Assembly (NCBI GenBank): GCA_021827645.1
Contig: JAKAVA010000104.1
Location: 2,840 to 66,839, forward strand
Reading direction: 5' to 3'
DNA: 64,000 bases
Origin: Planctomycetota bacterium
GTDB lineage: Bacteria; Planctomycetota; Phycisphaerae; WQYP01
Shown: positions 1 to 9,099 of the stretch, piece by piece
Layout: every line of letters starts with the position of its first letter
Position numbering within the stretch: position 1 is the stretch's first letter
Translations under genes and position numbers: made by a program
Notes under the pieces: model-generated
Told to the model about the DNA's origin: nothing
Database searches by the model: none
The model's input: only the letters and a program-made list of their open reading frames with translations

Positions 1-78
1 TAAAACTACCGGTCGAACATGCCGAGAGTCTGACGATAACGACGCAAGCGGCGGGATTTCTGGCAACGCGATGCCGAA

Positions 79-960
79 TTGACCTTCTGGACGCAGCGCT
101 CATTCGTTGATAGCAGGAACATCGGAAATCCAAGGAGTTTGCTGATTTCAGATGAATTGACTCATGATGAATCCCAAACGTGGGAAGTGACGTGCACATG
201 TGGAAGTCGCATGGAGATTTCCGAGCGTCAACTGGGCAAAGCAGCCGTGTGCAGGACATGCCACCGCGTTGTCATGCCCTTACCCGCCCGGCCGACTGAC
301 GGAACCGGACGCGTTTCCGGCGGTGAGATTCAATCATTTAAGAATTGCCCGTTTTGCGCTGAGCGAATTCTTGCATCAGCGAAAAAGTGCCGGTTCTGCA
401 ACGAACATCTCGATTCGGCCGAGCGCGATGACGAGGGCGCCCCTTCAACGACGGACCGGCATCAGGAAGAAGATGAACGTCAGCCGGCCGACGACGCGAA
501 GATCGAATTCACATATCGGGTCAGCACATCTCAATGGGACAATTTTTTCAAATATGTCGTATGCCTGATCATCGCCATTCTGGCGGCATCCGTCTATCTG
601 TTGCCGCGGCTTCGGCCCTACGCGGGTATCATTTTTGGGTCGGTTTTGATTGTTGATCTGGTCGTCGTGTTTTTAATCTATCTGGGGACACGTTCATCGC
701 GGTGTTTCGTCGGACCGCAGCGGGTGGAGCTGCATTCCGGTGTCTTTACCCGACAAATTGACTGGATATCACTGGCTTCGATCCAGGACATGCAGTTACG
801 GCAGGGTTTGATTCAGAGAGCCCTGAAAATTGGGACGATCACCATCAAGAGTCTGGATGAAACGACCCCGGTACTGGAACTTTACCAGATTCCCAAGGCA
901 CGGAAGATATTCAGTTATATTCAGGAGCAGGTGGCACGCTTGAAGCGCATTCCGCGATAA
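79..960 (+). CDS. Membrane protein with two N-terminal zinc-ribbon motifs and a C-terminal bacterial PH (bPH_2/YdbS-like) domain; start codon uncertain (TTG at 79, no in-frame ATG before the first zinc ribbon)
   Basis: CTCG...CRTCH and CPFCAE...CRFCNEHL Cys pairs (zinc ribbons); acidic linker; two hydrophobic helices; C-terminal segment TRQIDWISLASIQDMQLRQGLIQRALKIGTITIK typical of membrane-anchored bacterial PH domains. Confidence 0.5.
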   Translation: MTFWTQRSFVDSRNIGNPRSLLISDELTHDESQTWEVTCTCGSRMEISERQLGKAAVCRTCHRVVMPLPARPTDGTGRVSGGEIQSFKNCPFCAERILASAKKCRFCNEHLDSAERDDEGAPSTTDRHQEEDERQPADDAKIEFTYRVSTSQWDNFFKYVVCLIIAILAASVYLLPRLRPYAGIIFGSVLIVDLVVVFLIYLGTRSSRCFVGPQRVELHSGVFTRQIDWISLASIQDMQLRQGLIQRALKIGTITIKSLDETTPVLELYQIPKARKIFSYIQEQVARLKRIPR

Positions 961-1031
961 AACGCAGCGCAAAATGTCGGATAAGTTTCTCTCAAGACAG
1001 GTGGCACCGCGAGGAATTTGGAAGTTTAACA

Positions 1032-1601
1032 TTGTCGTCCATCAGTTCATTATCCCGTATCCAACATTTAATACTCGATGTCATCGACAACGCTCCCCCG
1101 CTCCTTGGAGCGCTGGCAAGCATCGAGCAGCGTGACCGGGCCCGAGTGCGGATGGTTGTGATTCGCCGGTTTGATGCTGCCGATATGTCGATTGCGGTGA
1201 GCACGGATTTACGAAGCCGGAAGGTTTCACAACTCCATCAACATCCCTCATCTGAACTATGCATCTGGCTGGGTGAGCGGCGCATCTCCCTGCGTCTTCT
1301 TGTTCGCTGGTCCATTGTGCAGTCAGATCCCGCATCACCTTCAGCTCTGGCGGTATTGGAGGAATTCTGGCAACGGCATTCGCCCGCCTCTCAGGCGATC
1401 TTTTTCATGTCTCCGCCCGGAGAGCGGTATAGAAGGATTCGCAGACAAAGACCGCAGCGAAAACGCCCTGAGACATTTGCGATATTGCTTGGCGTGATCC
1501 AGGAAATAGATGCCCTGCAGATAGGCCGGAGCCGACATGTGCGATGGAACTATACCCGGTCTGCCACCGGAAAATGGACAAAATCCCGTATGAATCCATG
1601 A
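1032..1601 (+). CDS. Hypothetical ORF (189 aa) in the gap downstream of rpoN; Arg-rich, low complexity; may be spurious
   Basis: Only long ORF in the 960-1635 gap; no recognisable motif; high-GC genomes produce many spurious ORFs. Confidence 0.15.
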   Translation: MSSISSLSRIQHLILDVIDNAPPLLGALASIEQRDRARVRMVVIRRFDAADMSIAVSTDLRSRKVSQLHQHPSSELCIWLGERRISLRLLVRWSIVQSDPASPSALAVLEEFWQRHSPASQAIFFMSPPGERYRRIRRQRPQRKRPETFAILLGVIQEIDALQIGRSRHVRWNYTRSATGKWTKSRMNP

Positions 1602-1634
1602 GGCTCCGCATGTTCGGGTTTTCGGGGTGCGATA

Positions 1635-3056
1635 TCAGAATTCCCGGCGACGGCGGGCCGGGGGAATATTGCACAGCTTGCGATACTTGGCGACCGTCCG
1701 CCTTGCGAGTGCGAGGCCGCGTTTAGCGAGTTCTTCAACGATCTCATCATCACTGAGAGGATTTTTTTTGTCTTCCTGTGCGATGACTTCGATCAGCTTG
1801 GCTTTGACAGCATCCCAACTGACGGCTTCGCCGGCGGCATTTTCCATTCCGCCCGTAAAAAACTGCCGCAAAGGAAAAATGCCCCGGGGGGTTTGAACAT
1901 ATTTATCTGCGACCGCCCGGCTGACGGTGGCCACATGGATCCCAAGCTGGTCTGCGACGGAGGTCATCGGCAGGGGCTTGAGATGTTCCGGCCCCATTTC
2001 AATAAATTCTCGCTGCATGTCCACAACCACGCGCAAAACGCGAAGCAGAGTGTGGCGGCGTTGTTCGATGGCTTCGATCAACCAGCGGGCATTGCGAATA
2101 TTATTATTTATAAATTGGCGTGTATTGTTGTCGACCGTTTTCACCCGCGCCATGCGGGTGTAAACTTCATTGACGCAAAGCCGCGGAAGCCGATCATCGG
2201 TCAGACGGATCCGATACTCCCCCGTCTGCTCATCGACATCAATCACCGCATCGGGTGTAACGGACGGTACCTTGGCATCGACGAGCAGGCGACCGGGGCG
2301 TGGATTAAGGTGCCGGGCCATGAATTGCCGCGCTTCGTTGATCTGTTCCAGCGTCAGGCCGCTTTTTCGGCTGATCTGAGGCAGACGGTTCATTTCCAAG
2401 TCTTCCAGGTAGTCTCGTACGATGGTTTGTGGGACGCTTAAATCCAGTTCTTGCTCGTGTGCGATGGCTTCCAGCTGCAGAAGCAGGCTTTCGCGAATAT
2501 TTCGAGCGCAGATACCCGGTGGCTCCAGTCGCTTCTGCAGGATCGGCCACGCAGCCTGAACATCGTCGCGGCGAATCCCGTCGGGTAAATGACGGCAGAT
2601 GGAGTCAAGGCTGTCCCGGATGTAGCCATCATCGTCCACCCATTCAATAAGAACTTTTCCGGCTTCGAGGATCCGGTCCGGAACATCGACCAATACCCAC
2701 TGCTGGAGCAGGGCCTCGGAAAGCGACATACTCCGAGCGGCGGTATTGGCGATTGCTTCCGCCTTGGGATCGCGATCATCGGAAGAGCGGTTCACGCGCG
2801 ACGGTGTGCTGCGATTGACGTCGTCCCATGAATCATTCGAATTTGGGGTTGATGAAGGCTTATCGATCGAAGCCGTCGCTTGAGTTGCTTCGGTCGGCAT
2901 TCCTGCAACCGGGGGAGAATCGGATTCAGCTTCCATGGAATCGGCCCGTTCGAGAACAGGATTCGAAACAAGCTCCTGATCAATCCGTTCTTCGAGGGCC
3001 ATGGTGGATAACTGAAGTATTTCCATCGACTGAATCATGCGGGGAGCCAGCTTCAT
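1635..3056 (-). CDS. rpoN: RNA polymerase sigma-54 factor RpoN (start probably at internal Met MKLAPRM..., ORF extends to 3101)
   Basis: N-terminal Gln/Leu-rich region (MIQSMEILQLSTMALEERIDQEL), C-terminal HTH and RpoN box ARRTVAKYR; length ~470 aa. Confidence 0.9.
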   Translation of the reverse strand: MKLAPRMIQSMEILQLSTMALEERIDQELVSNPVLERADSMEAESDSPPVAGMPTEATQATASIDKPSSTPNSNDSWDDVNRSTPSRVNRSSDDRDPKAEAIANTAARSMSLSEALLQQWVLVDVPDRILEAGKVLIEWVDDDGYIRDSLDSICRHLPDGIRRDDVQAAWPILQKRLEPPGICARNIRESLLLQLEAIAHEQELDLSVPQTIVRDYLEDLEMNRLPQISRKSGLTLEQINEARQFMARHLNPRPGRLLVDAKVPSVTPDAVIDVDEQTGEYRIRLTDDRLPRLCVNEVYTRMARVKTVDNNTRQFINNNIRNARWLIEAIEQRRHTLLRVLRVVVDMQREFIEMGPEHLKPLPMTSVADQLGIHVATVSRAVADKYVQTPRGIFPLRQFFTGGMENAAGEAVSWDAVKAKLIEVIAQEDKKNPLSDDEIVEELAKRGLALARRTVAKYRKLCNIPPARRRREF

Positions 3057-3233
3057 TCGCTGATCCATGCGCATGTGTTGCGAGGTGTCGAGCCGCATCA
3101 AAATCCATTCCCAATATCAAGGCGTCCGTCCGCTTATCTGCCTTGATTATACAGCCTTTTTTATACCGGGCGGCGATTTTGGAAGCCCGAAATGCGGAGA
3201 TTCAGATTGGATACAAAGCATTTTTCCGCGCGA

Positions 3234-6200
3234 TTACTGCTGCAGGGCTTCAAGCGTGCTGGAATTGACAATGCCTGCGTGCGGATACCCCGCGGGGAAG
3301 ATGCTGAAGAACACGGCCGTATCTTTGGTATCGGCGCTGTAACCGAGTGTAACGGCTGTATAGAAGCGTGGAAGTTTTCGGACAAGTGTGATACTTGACA
3401 TGACATTATGAGCCAGAGAAAAGTCGTAGCTTTGCACCAGCGAAACAATGTACTTTCGGGTTAACTGATAATTGACGGCGACCGTCCATTGGTCGGTCGA
3501 AAGCGGCCCAAGATACTGATTCCCGAAGAAGTAGCTCAGGTTAGGCGACTGATCGACGGCCAAGCCCGTATCAAATTTTTCCAATTTCTGATTGTCGATG
3601 CTCCAATCTTCATCAGCCAGCGCCCGTACATCGGCACCAATGCGCCACGAAAAATTGCTGTTGAGGCTGTCCGCAACCTGACTGAGATCCGGGCGGGAAA
3701 AGTCAAAATATCCAAGAACGGGGCTGCCGAAATCACTGGTTGAAAATGGAGCCCCCGCGTACATCGGATCTCCGGGATAGAACGGGCCATATTTAGGCTG
3801 ATTCCAGAAAACATCGGCATCAACGTTCAACGTGATCCAGTTAACTTCCTGCCGGTGTCCCGGCCGACCGCGCAGAGTTTGAAATACCTGACGCAGGGCA
3901 AACTGGGCGCCGCTGGCATCGGTGATCCCCTCAACATCGCGGCTGAAGGGCTGGAGATATCCGCGCTGGACGGTCGAACCGGTCTGAAAGAGCGAAATTT
4001 CCGGTTCAATAATGTGACGAAGCTGATGGACGTCGAAGAAGTTGGATCGAATATGGTGATAGGTCTTCCATATCTCGACGGATGACCTGAAGCCAACCTG
4101 TCCCCAGAGGCGCGTGGTGTTACCGTTAAGTTGATTACCGCTGGCGGGAAAACTGGTGTCCCAATAGGTAACTCTGCCCACGACATAAGGATCAAATTGC
4201 ACCGGCCCCAGTGCCAGTGGCAGATCCAACTCCTCGCGGGTGTCGAGACGGGCAACATTCTGATTTGTCCAACCGTTGTTGAGATAGTAATCGGCAAACG
4301 TCTCGTTTGGATTGATGCCTGGGAAATTCAATTGTAGTGCCCGATCCGCCGCAGTAGTCGAGCTGAATTTGTCATTCAGAAGAGCGCCGCTGGATTCGGT
4401 ATAAAACGTAAAGAGACCGAGGACTTTATCCCCGTTGCGCCAATATTTAACCTCCGGATATTTCTGGACGGAGTATTCATTATTTTCCAGATCGGCGTTG
4501 GCCACAAAGCGATTAAGCTGAAACTTGCCGAGAACCGTAAACGCTTCATTCCCATGCTGCTGCTTGAGATAAACCGAAGTCTGCTGCTCCGGGGCGGTCG
4601 CATAAACATTCTGGAAGTATTGTTCGAGAAAGTTGGGGTCGGAAATGTACGACCCCTGAACGGCTATGGACCATTGGTGATTCAACGGCTGTTGATAGCG
4701 GCCGGAAATAAAGCCTCGCACATGAGACGGAAGCGGAATATTGTCACGGTTGGCGCCGAGTTGATCCGTTCCGTCGTCATACATGATGAAGCTGTTGAGT
4801 ATGCCGCGAGCATCGCCCTTGGAGTAATAGGAGTTAATGCCGGTGCCGGGTCCCCGGCTGGAATATTCGTTGATCGCCAGATCGGTTTTCAGGCCGGGCG
4901 GCGACGGCTGATTGAGCAGACCGAAGAGGTCCCAGTCGGTTCGTACCGTGGCTCCATAAATGCTGGAGTACCCGGCTGAAATACGTCGCAGCGGAGTGGG
5001 ATTCTGGCGAGTGGTTCCCGAAAGGTACGGCCAGTAGAAAAATGGCACTCCCATGAAGTTGGCAACAACATTTTTCGCCTGAAACGCGTACACGTGGGTT
5101 TGGCGGTGCACAGGAGCCGCGAGGGATTGAATCGCCATGCTGCTGGCGCCGATGTAATAATGCGGAACATAAAATTCATCGGTGGAGAGTTTCACGGATT
5201 TCGCTTCAAAATCACCCTGCGCAAGTTGCAACAGTTTTTTTGCTCTCATGTAGAGGGGCGAATGATTCTGCACTTCATAGGTGCTCATGACGGCGTCAAG
5301 CATGATCGCCCGATTGGTCGTGAAGTCGTAATACACGCGGCGAGCGTGAATCGACTCATCGCCATAAGTGATCGTGACATCTCCATCCAGATATATGCCC
5401 TGCACGTTTTGATTGATGCTTGTCGGATGCCCCACCAGCTTTTTCGATGGGGAATGACCGGCGGGACTGAACACGACGGCGTTATCAGCGCGGAGTTCAA
5501 GTGGCGGCTGCCCGTTTCCGTGCTGGAGCACCATATAAAACTGACCGCGGGCAACGGTAACCCTCTGCGGTCCAATCTGTTCGACCGTCAAATTTTGGCC
5601 GGTTGCAAAAACCATCGGTGGCTGAACCGGCTTGGACGCCTTGGCGACATTTTGCCGTGCGGTTGAAAGCACCGGTTCCGGGATCAAGACGTTATGGGCA
5701 CCTTCGGCGAACCAACCTAACCGCAGAGCGGTCTCGAGATTCTGAATGTGAATTCGCGGCGTAAATGCCGCTGCAAGGGGTGCCGCCTCGGCGCGGGCAA
5801 TAACCGCCTCCCCGCGTTGGTAGACGACGGCGGTGGTATCGACGACTGACTGCGGAGGCCCCTGCGTCAATTCGACGGTATTTTGCGTATGCGTGGTGAC
5901 CAGCAATTCCGGTGCGTGGAGGACCGTCTGGTCATGGAGACCGTCACGAACCGTCACTTTTCCAAGGAGAAACAATCGGGCGTGAAAGGTCGGCAGCCCC
6001 GTGGCGGATGACGGTCGCAACCAAATCGCCGCCTGCTGAGCCATGAGCACACGATAGCCGACGTGAATAACCGCCCCGCCAGCAGCCACTAAGTGGATGG
6101 TTCCGTTGCGAGAAGTCCACGTTGAAACGTGTGGTGCACCGAGAGTAATGGGTAGATCTATCGCCGCGGAGGGGCGCAGGACGGGATACACAGTCGGTCG

Positions 6201-6368
6201 CACGAGGGCCGGGGAACACTTCGGTGACGCCATGGCAGCGGCGCAGGCAAGCAGCAGGTAGGTGCAGCGCCGCCGGTTAAATGAAGCGAGCGGTGCCCCA
6301 TGACCTTTCCGGCCCGACCGATTTACCCAAGATTTAAGTTTGTACGACTTCACAACGAGCCCAGTCAA
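3234..6368 (-). CDS. Large (1044 aa) secreted outer-membrane beta-barrel protein, putative LptD/OstA-family LPS-assembly protein
   Basis: N-terminal signal-like hydrophobic segment; very long protein rich in alternating aromatic/polar beta-strand patterns; C-terminal aromatic-rich end; sits immediately upstream of rpoN. Family assignment is by architecture only. Confidence 0.4.
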   Translation of the reverse strand: MTGLVVKSYKLKSWVNRSGRKGHGAPLASFNRRRCTYLLLACAAAMASPKCSPALVRPTVYPVLRPSAAIDLPITLGAPHVSTWTSRNGTIHLVAAGGAVIHVGYRVLMAQQAAIWLRPSSATGLPTFHARLFLLGKVTVRDGLHDQTVLHAPELLVTTHTQNTVELTQGPPQSVVDTTAVVYQRGEAVIARAEAAPLAAAFTPRIHIQNLETALRLGWFAEGAHNVLIPEPVLSTARQNVAKASKPVQPPMVFATGQNLTVEQIGPQRVTVARGQFYMVLQHGNGQPPLELRADNAVVFSPAGHSPSKKLVGHPTSINQNVQGIYLDGDVTITYGDESIHARRVYYDFTTNRAIMLDAVMSTYEVQNHSPLYMRAKKLLQLAQGDFEAKSVKLSTDEFYVPHYYIGASSMAIQSLAAPVHRQTHVYAFQAKNVVANFMGVPFFYWPYLSGTTRQNPTPLRRISAGYSSIYGATVRTDWDLFGLLNQPSPPGLKTDLAINEYSSRGPGTGINSYYSKGDARGILNSFIMYDDGTDQLGANRDNIPLPSHVRGFISGRYQQPLNHQWSIAVQGSYISDPNFLEQYFQNVYATAPEQQTSVYLKQQHGNEAFTVLGKFQLNRFVANADLENNEYSVQKYPEVKYWRNGDKVLGLFTFYTESSGALLNDKFSSTTAADRALQLNFPGINPNETFADYYLNNGWTNQNVARLDTREELDLPLALGPVQFDPYVVGRVTYWDTSFPASGNQLNGNTTRLWGQVGFRSSVEIWKTYHHIRSNFFDVHQLRHIIEPEISLFQTGSTVQRGYLQPFSRDVEGITDASGAQFALRQVFQTLRGRPGHRQEVNWITLNVDADVFWNQPKYGPFYPGDPMYAGAPFSTSDFGSPVLGYFDFSRPDLSQVADSLNSNFSWRIGADVRALADEDWSIDNQKLEKFDTGLAVDQSPNLSYFFGNQYLGPLSTDQWTVAVNYQLTRKYIVSLVQSYDFSLAHNVMSSITLVRKLPRFYTAVTLGYSADTKDTAVFFSIFPAGYPHAGIVNSSTLEALQQ

Positions 6369-6711
6369 GCCAACCTACACGCGGAGAGTTTAGCTTGAGT
6401 TCGAGACTTTAGCGAGTGTCAACATTCTTCCGATTTCCGGGCCGCCATGCAGACCTGCAATTCAATTTCTCCCGTCAAATCAATATCCGACAGCGAATGT
6501 CCGATCATCAGCTTCAGCTTGCCGGGTTCAGAAACGAATTTACTTAGGCTGTCCTGCCAATGCCGCAACGCCTTTGCCGTGCACGGCTGAGTGAAGGTAA
6601 CCCTTCGACTCTCCCCCGGCTTGCGTTCCACACTCTACTCTGAAAACCCTCCAGTTCCTTGATCGGACGCTTCACCGGCGACGTGGGAACCGTGAAGTAA
6701 AATTGCACAAT

Positions 6712-6825
6712 TTCCGCTCGGCGCGTGAACTTGTATTGGCGATCATGCACGAGACCTTAACAGACTGTTTCTCAGATAATACCGGGGGAATCTGTGTGCA
6801 TATCCGCGATATCAAATGGGGCATT
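6712..6825. repeat. Copy A of a ~115-bp direct repeat in the 1-kb intergenic region
   Basis: cgcgtgaacttgtattggcgatcatgcacgagaccttaacagactgtttctcagataataccgggggaatctgtgtgcatatccgcgatatcaaatggggcat recurs with ~85-90% identity at 7013-7128. Confidence 0.8.
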
Positions 6826-6994
6826 GTCCAGCCCCCATTTATGATTCCACTTGAACGTATAGGTTTCGCAGGAATAAACATTAATTCACTCGTATAGTCT
6901 GTTCAGTTAAGAAGGCATAGGGGGCGCGGGGATTCGGCGTGGCTCGGACCGCCCCACGGTAGGAGGGAAGAGAGTTGCAAAGCCGGGTGGGGGT

Positions 6995-7024
6995 GCGGGG
7001 GCGGGTGGAATAACCCGCTCCCGC
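6995..7024. other. Strong GC-rich hairpin (12-bp stem, one G-U, 6-nt loop) abutting repeat copy B
   Basis: gcgggggcgggt-ggaata-acccgctcccgc; the 3' arm overlaps the start of repeat copy B. Confidence 0.6.
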
Positions 7025-7128
7025 GGCGCGTGAACTCGTATTGACCACTAGGCACCATACCTTAACAGACTTTCTCTCAGATAATACCCGGGAATCTGTG
7101 TGTATATCCGCGATATCAAATGTGGCAT
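7013..7128. repeat. Copy B of the ~115-bp direct repeat
   Basis: cgcgtgaactcgtattgaccactaggcaccataccttaacagactttctctcagataatacccgggaatctgtgtgtatatccgcgatatcaaatgtggcata; same orientation as copy A, period ~303 bp. Confidence 0.8.
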
Positions 7129-7421
7129 ACCCTCAAAATACATATAGGTGCGGCCCTTCATGATGTCGTACCGGGTGTGACATGTTTCAGGTTGTTTGGT
7201 TCTGTGAGGGCGGATTAGGTTACCGCCCCCTTCAAGAAGAATAAATGCCCTTCCAAAATAACCTTCAGGGTGACGGCCTCTTTTGTGTTTTTCTTCGGGT
7301 GCATTCCGAAATCAGGTGAAAAAAACAAGCCCCGGCGGATTAAACCGTCGAGGCCCGCTTGAGGGAGGCCCATGAGGAGAGTAACAAAGGCCTTCGCGGC
7401 TAATGCCGCGTTGTCGCGATA

Positions 7422-8966
7422 TCAGTTCTTCTGTACGAAGATGTAGCGTTCAGATCCGGAGCGGCCAAGTACCGACATGCGAATTCCCTTGGCGAGGTCG
7501 AGCGTTTTCAGAACGTTATTAAATTGTGCCGGCGAATTCACCGGATGCCCCTGAACGCTTACAATGATATCCCCCGGCTCGACACCGTCTTCGAGCAGGA
7601 TGCTGTCAGACTGCAGCCCGGTTACAAGCACTCCATGCGGCGAAGATAATCCATACATTTTGGCGGTCTTGGGCGTGACCGGCGACACCGTCAGGCCGAG
7701 CTTTCTGGATTCCGCAGGGCCAGTGTTGATCTGCGACGGATAACCGGCCGCCATGGCAAGTGTGGCGGGCTGTTTACCGAGAGGGAAGGTGACGGACTTG
7801 ATCTTGCCGTCGTCAAAAAGTTTCAAGGTTACTTTGGTACCGGGGCGCATCATTGCAATTTCGTCGCGTAACGTGTTCATTCGCATGACGGGTTGACCAT
7901 CGAGCCCGATGATGATTTCCCCGCGGCGCAAGCCCCCTTTTGCGGCCGGTGAGCCGGGTTCAACCTGGTCGATTAAAACACCGTGACGAGGCTTATAGCC
8001 GAAGGTCAACGCGATCTTATGCACGTAGCTGTGTCGCACGTCTGCAATACTTATACCGAGGTAGCCGCGGACCACTTTTCCATATTTGATCAATTGATGG
8101 GTAACATATTTCACCTCATCTGACGGGATGGAAAATCCAATGCCGTCAAACGCGCCGGAGGTGCTGGCAATGGCACTATTAATACCAATGACGTGGCCGT
8201 TCATATTGACCAGAGGACCGCCGGAATTACCCGGATTGATAGGGGCGTCCGTCTGAATGAAATCCTCATAGGTCAAACCGGCAAGCTGCGGGTTATGTTC
8301 AGCAATGATATTCACGCTGGTGCGACCGACGGCTGAGACAATTCCATGTGTCAGCGTCTGTCGAAAACCGAAAGGCGCACCAATCGCCATGACCCAATCA
8401 CCCGGATGCACTTTGGCGGAATCGCCGAAAGTCGCCGGTTGTAAACCTGTCGCGTTGATTTTGACAACGGCCAAATCTGTTTTTGGATCTGTACCGATAA
8501 TTTTGGCTGTGTAGACGCGGCCATCCGCGAGGTGAACTTTCACCGAAGTGGCATCGTGGACCACATGATTATTGGTAACTATGTATCCGTTGGATGTAAG
8601 GATCACACCACTTCCAGTACCATAAATCTTCTCCTCATTCGGATGCGATGGTGGTGTGAGTGGGAAAGCACCCGGAGGAATGATCTGCTGAAATTGCTTG
8701 GGCAGTTGCATCGGCAAATCAACCGAATTCTGTGGTACCTCCTGAATAACGTTGATGCACACTACGGAGTTCTTGATCGCCCGGTGCAGTGCTTCAAATT
8801 CCTTTGAGAGACGCTTAGCCAGCGACATACGCGGCATCTGAACCGAGGGCATGGACGCCGCTTGAATGGGTGAAGTACCTTCGCTCGCCATCAATCCGAT
8901 ACCGGCCAGGGCAACGGAAGTTGCACCAATCACCGCCAGAGTAAATTTGAGACGCTTGGACAGCAT
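7422..8966 (-). CDS. htrA: Periplasmic serine endoprotease HtrA/DegP/DegQ family (trypsin-like domain plus two PDZ domains)
   Basis: Signal peptide; catalytic triad context GYIVTNNHVV, DLAVVKI, GNSGGPLVN; two C-terminal PDZ-like regions. Confidence 0.9.
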   Translation of the reverse strand: MLSKRLKFTLAVIGATSVALAGIGLMASEGTSPIQAASMPSVQMPRMSLAKRLSKEFEALHRAIKNSVVCINVIQEVPQNSVDLPMQLPKQFQQIIPPGAFPLTPPSHPNEEKIYGTGSGVILTSNGYIVTNNHVVHDATSVKVHLADGRVYTAKIIGTDPKTDLAVVKINATGLQPATFGDSAKVHPGDWVMAIGAPFGFRQTLTHGIVSAVGRTSVNIIAEHNPQLAGLTYEDFIQTDAPINPGNSGGPLVNMNGHVIGINSAIASTSGAFDGIGFSIPSDEVKYVTHQLIKYGKVVRGYLGISIADVRHSYVHKIALTFGYKPRHGVLIDQVEPGSPAAKGGLRRGEIIIGLDGQPVMRMNTLRDEIAMMRPGTKVTLKLFDDGKIKSVTFPLGKQPATLAMAAGYPSQINTGPAESRKLGLTVSPVTPKTAKMYGLSSPHGVLVTGLQSDSILLEDGVEPGDIIVSVQGHPVNSPAQFNNVLKTLDLAKGIRMSVLGRSGSERYIFVQKN

Positions 8967-9099
8967 AATCTATCTCCTGCTGCAAAAATCCTTACCTTCG
9001 GGTCCTACCGTCGCGATCTTTAAGATCGCCGCCAACCCGCACAGAATATCTGTTGCCGCTCCTCGGACAATCTTTCAAATGTGACCTATATGGACGACA

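Noticed and set aside
1893-2441. 182-aa ORF antisense to rpoN
   Set aside because: Inside the rpoN coding region; no independent support
6368-7422. Possible CRISPR array or sigma-54 promoter within the duplicated element
   Set aside because: Only two repeat copies, 115 bp long with a 190-bp non-repetitive spacer, which does not fit CRISPR geometry. The GG-N10-GC spacing of a sigma-54 promoter (TGGCAC-N5-TTGCA) could not be matched convincingly in either copy
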